64,000 bases of DNA. It comes from Amoebophrya sp. A120. Its lineage: Eukaryota; Protista; Dinoflagellata. The position numbers and the translations under genes were made by a program. Shown in pieces: positions 61,735 through 64,000 of the stretch; position 1 is the first letter of the stretch, and every line of letters begins with the position of its first letter. The notes below the pieces were generated by a model, which was not told where the DNA came from, did no database searches, and saw only the letters and a program-made list of their open reading frames with translations. Location of the stretch: NCBI GenBank assembly GCA_905178155.1, contig CAJINV010000014.1, forward strand, positions 1,826,593 to 1,890,592, given 5' to 3'.

Positions 61735-63145
61735 TCAAATTTCCCTGATCTCTCCGTATTCCGCATCATCGTCCTCGATTTCGGCGGTCGGAATCTTCTG
61801 CCCCGATGTTGCCGCTCCTTGCTGCACTTGTTCCACCTTCGGAACCGGGTGAAACATCTTCCACATGTTTTCTGCCGCGGTCATCCGGTAGCTCACGCTC
61901 GCGCTCCACATCCCGTATGGAACTGTCAGGTTTGAAATCGTCAAAATTGAAATGATTTGTCATGCGTAAAATGCAAGCCATGAAGTGCCTGTCTTGCCGG
62001 GATGGCAAGCGAGGCAGATTGCGAGCCTATTTAGGGTTTTCAATAGAGCTGCTAAAAGATGAGTATGACTAAGGCAGTCTTCTGTGCCCAAACAGCATGA
62101 CAAATTGGGTTCCGGTGCTCCGAAAATTTGTCATGCGCCGCTTGGAAATTGGGCTTCCAAGAACTGGTATCCATTTTATGCGTGGCAAATCATTTCAACT
62201 TTGACGATTTCAATCCTGACGCCTCCATATCCCGCGCCAGAATTCTAAGAAGCGCGGGTACTCCGCAATGATCGCCTGCAGCAACTGAAAGCGGTCCAGG
62301 ATCGGTTCGCCCCGGGTAGTTCTTCCGTCCGGCCGGGGACTGGTGCCAGCTGCAGTGACCCGACTGTAGTCCTGGGCGTAACCGAGATTTCTGTTCGGGT
62401 TTTCCGCCAAGGTGCTCTGCGTGGTCCTGCCCTTCATCCGATTGGCCTCGGCGATGCGGAGAACTTGGGATTCGAACGCCTGCTGGCTGTTGATGAGGTT
62501 GGTAAACTTGACCCGATTATCCTGTGCAAAAGTATCGTATTCGTACTAATTGCGTTTACGCATAACAAATCTTTTTCTTAAGGCAAATCCGCATGACAAA
62601 TTCCATTTGGCATGCTGAGTTAATTTGTATTGCAATCACTACTAGTACGATACTTTTGCAGTTCATACCAATCCACCTTGTAGGGCAACCCGTCGAAATT
62701 CCGCTGCTGGACGTGGATGTAGCGGTAGGCGATGTTTTCCCCAAGCAGAATATCCTTGGTAAAAACGTCCCCACCCCAGAGTTGTCATGCAGATTTGCAA
62801 TGACAGGAACATTTGTGACGCGCATCCCCCTGATAGGCATTTCCAACCGTGTCTTGGAATTTGTGATGCTGGAAACAGCATAAGCAGATGGATTTATAAT
62901 GCGGCTGTCCTTGCCAACCTGCACTACACTACGGACTGGAACTTGTCATGCGTGACTCCCAAAACTTCTAGGTTTGTGTTGCAAAGTCCTCTTCTTGACG
63001 CTGGGGTGGGGACGTTTTTACTCACGATACAGGAGTTCGCTGAACACCCCCGCGATGCTGAACGTGTCAAACGCGGCCCCGTTGCGAACGTTGCGGACGG
63101 TTTCCTGCGAAATCTGGTTCGTCTGCCTCCGGTTTGCCATGCGCA
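61735..63145 (-). CDS. Internal exons of a hypothetical protein (both ends uncertain)
   Basis: In-frame joins SELL/LGENIAY, YKVD/WVKF and FWRG/MWSA across three elements. Confidence 0.6.
61916..62229. mobile_element. Introner-like element, family E
   Basis: Family E TIR; DR tcccg; frame restored. Confidence 0.92.
62518..62667. mobile_element. Introner-like element, family A
   Basis: Family A TIR; DR ccgat/ccaat. Confidence 0.9.
62751..63029. mobile_element. Introner-like element
   Basis: gtaaaaacgtccccaccccag / ctggggtggggacgtttttac; TAT..ATA ends; DR cagaa/cagga. Confidence 0.9.
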
Positions 63146-63414
63146 TATGAAAGCCCCAGGTTGGATGTCCTCAAAGTGAAAATAATTTGCAATGCAAAAA
63201 ATCGACTCTAGACGCAGCACCATTTCTTCACAGCGCATGGCAAATTTCCCGGGCACCCAAAGCATATCTGTCATGCTAGTTAAGGTAAAGAAGTGCCCTT
63301 TTCTCGTGCTAATCAGCAGCCCAATGTTGAACCCGTATAAGCACAATAGTCGGGCTCCATTGCGTCCCCTGCAATGCAGTCTTTTTGGTGTCGCATTTCA
63401 TGCATCACAAACAA
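63146..63414. mobile_element. Left part of a family E element, interrupted by GC-rich repeats
   Basis: tatgaaagccccaggttggatgtcctcaaagtgaaaataa aligns by eye with the 27541 and 15293 starts; no right TIR in window. Confidence 0.7.
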
Positions 63415-64000
63415 GGTCCGAGCACGGGGACAGAGTCCCCGTGCGGCGACCTTCCGGCATTACATTTGTCTGCGCGGTGGCACTGGCCAGGCAGGTCGCC
63501 TGCAGCTAGGTATCTCGGTGCGCCTTGCATTCACTGACCCGCGACGGGCCTGCGGACGCGGCCCCCTTGCTTGCGCGCACTAGATTCATTAGCCTGCCGC
63601 GCGCAAAGATAAAAGAAAAGAAGAAACTAACTGGCGCGTGCCGGGCCGGGAGCCGGCCCCCAGGTCATGACGCGGCGACAGAGTCCCCACACTGCCCTGG
63701 GGCTTTTCTCTGCCCCTTCCATCCTCGGCCGCGCGGTGTGGTGTCCGGGGAGTGTTCGTAGCTAGCCCCCTTGGCCGCACGTTCGTTGTCCGGGAACGAA
63801 GCGCCCAAAGCTGGCCCCTAGGCCATGACACGGGGACCGAGCAGTCCCCGCGCTGGCCTGGGGCTTTCGCCCCTAACTTGGCCGCACGGTGTCGCCGGGG
63901 AGCGCCTGCAGCTGGCCCCTAGGCCATGGCGCGGGGACCGAGTCCCCGCGCTGGCCTAGGGCTTTCGCCCCTTGGCAGCACGGCGTCCGGGAAGCGCTTA
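63415..64000. repeat. GC-rich degenerate tandem repeat (~100-160 bp spacing)
   Basis: agtccccgcgctggcct(g/a)gggctttcgcccc and gctggcccctaggccatg recur near 63682, 63810-63872 and 63910-63975. Confidence 0.7.

Noticed and set aside
2344-62667. Recurrent ~30-bp sequences as CRISPR repeats
   Set aside because: They are dispersed inverted pairs around 100-300 bp interiors, with no regular spacers and no cas genes; context is eukaryotic
2086-62924. Recurring peptides CKSIVLV, QKYRTR, CAKVSYSY, FQTQT in many short ORFs as a protein repeat family
   Set aside because: They are translations of element TIRs in different frames
1-64000. rRNA, tRNA or snRNA genes
   Set aside because: None recognised by eye; a tRNAscan-SE/Infernal search would be needed to exclude them

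Overview
Eukaryotic (protist) genomic DNA. Every gene I can reconstruct lies on the minus strand. Recognisable products are ESF1, RNA polymerase III subunit C11, MRT4, an MFS transporter, a Core-2/I-branching glycosyltransferase-like protein, a hydroxylysine-kinase/APH-like kinase, a C2-like-domain protein and a pseudophosphatase-PAN/apple fusion; the rest are hypothetical. The dominant feature is about 50 short (mostly 110-400 bp) insertions inside coding sequence. They fall into several repeat families, nearly all start TAT and end ATA, carry terminal inverted repeats (TIRs), and are flanked by a 5-bp direct repeat (DR). At almost every junction I translated by hand, removing the element plus one DR copy restores the reading frame, usually with no GT-AG possible. 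This resembles the non-canonical introner elements reported in the parasitic dinoflagellate Amoebophrya (organism assignment is inference). Further observations: insertion in both orientations, a GCATNACAAAT motif shared by unrelated families, a 1.28-kb family member that looks like a deleted parental transposon, micro-exons, and GATC clusters in intergenic DNA. Coordinates were read by eye and may be off by a few bases. Family letters A-G are my own labels.
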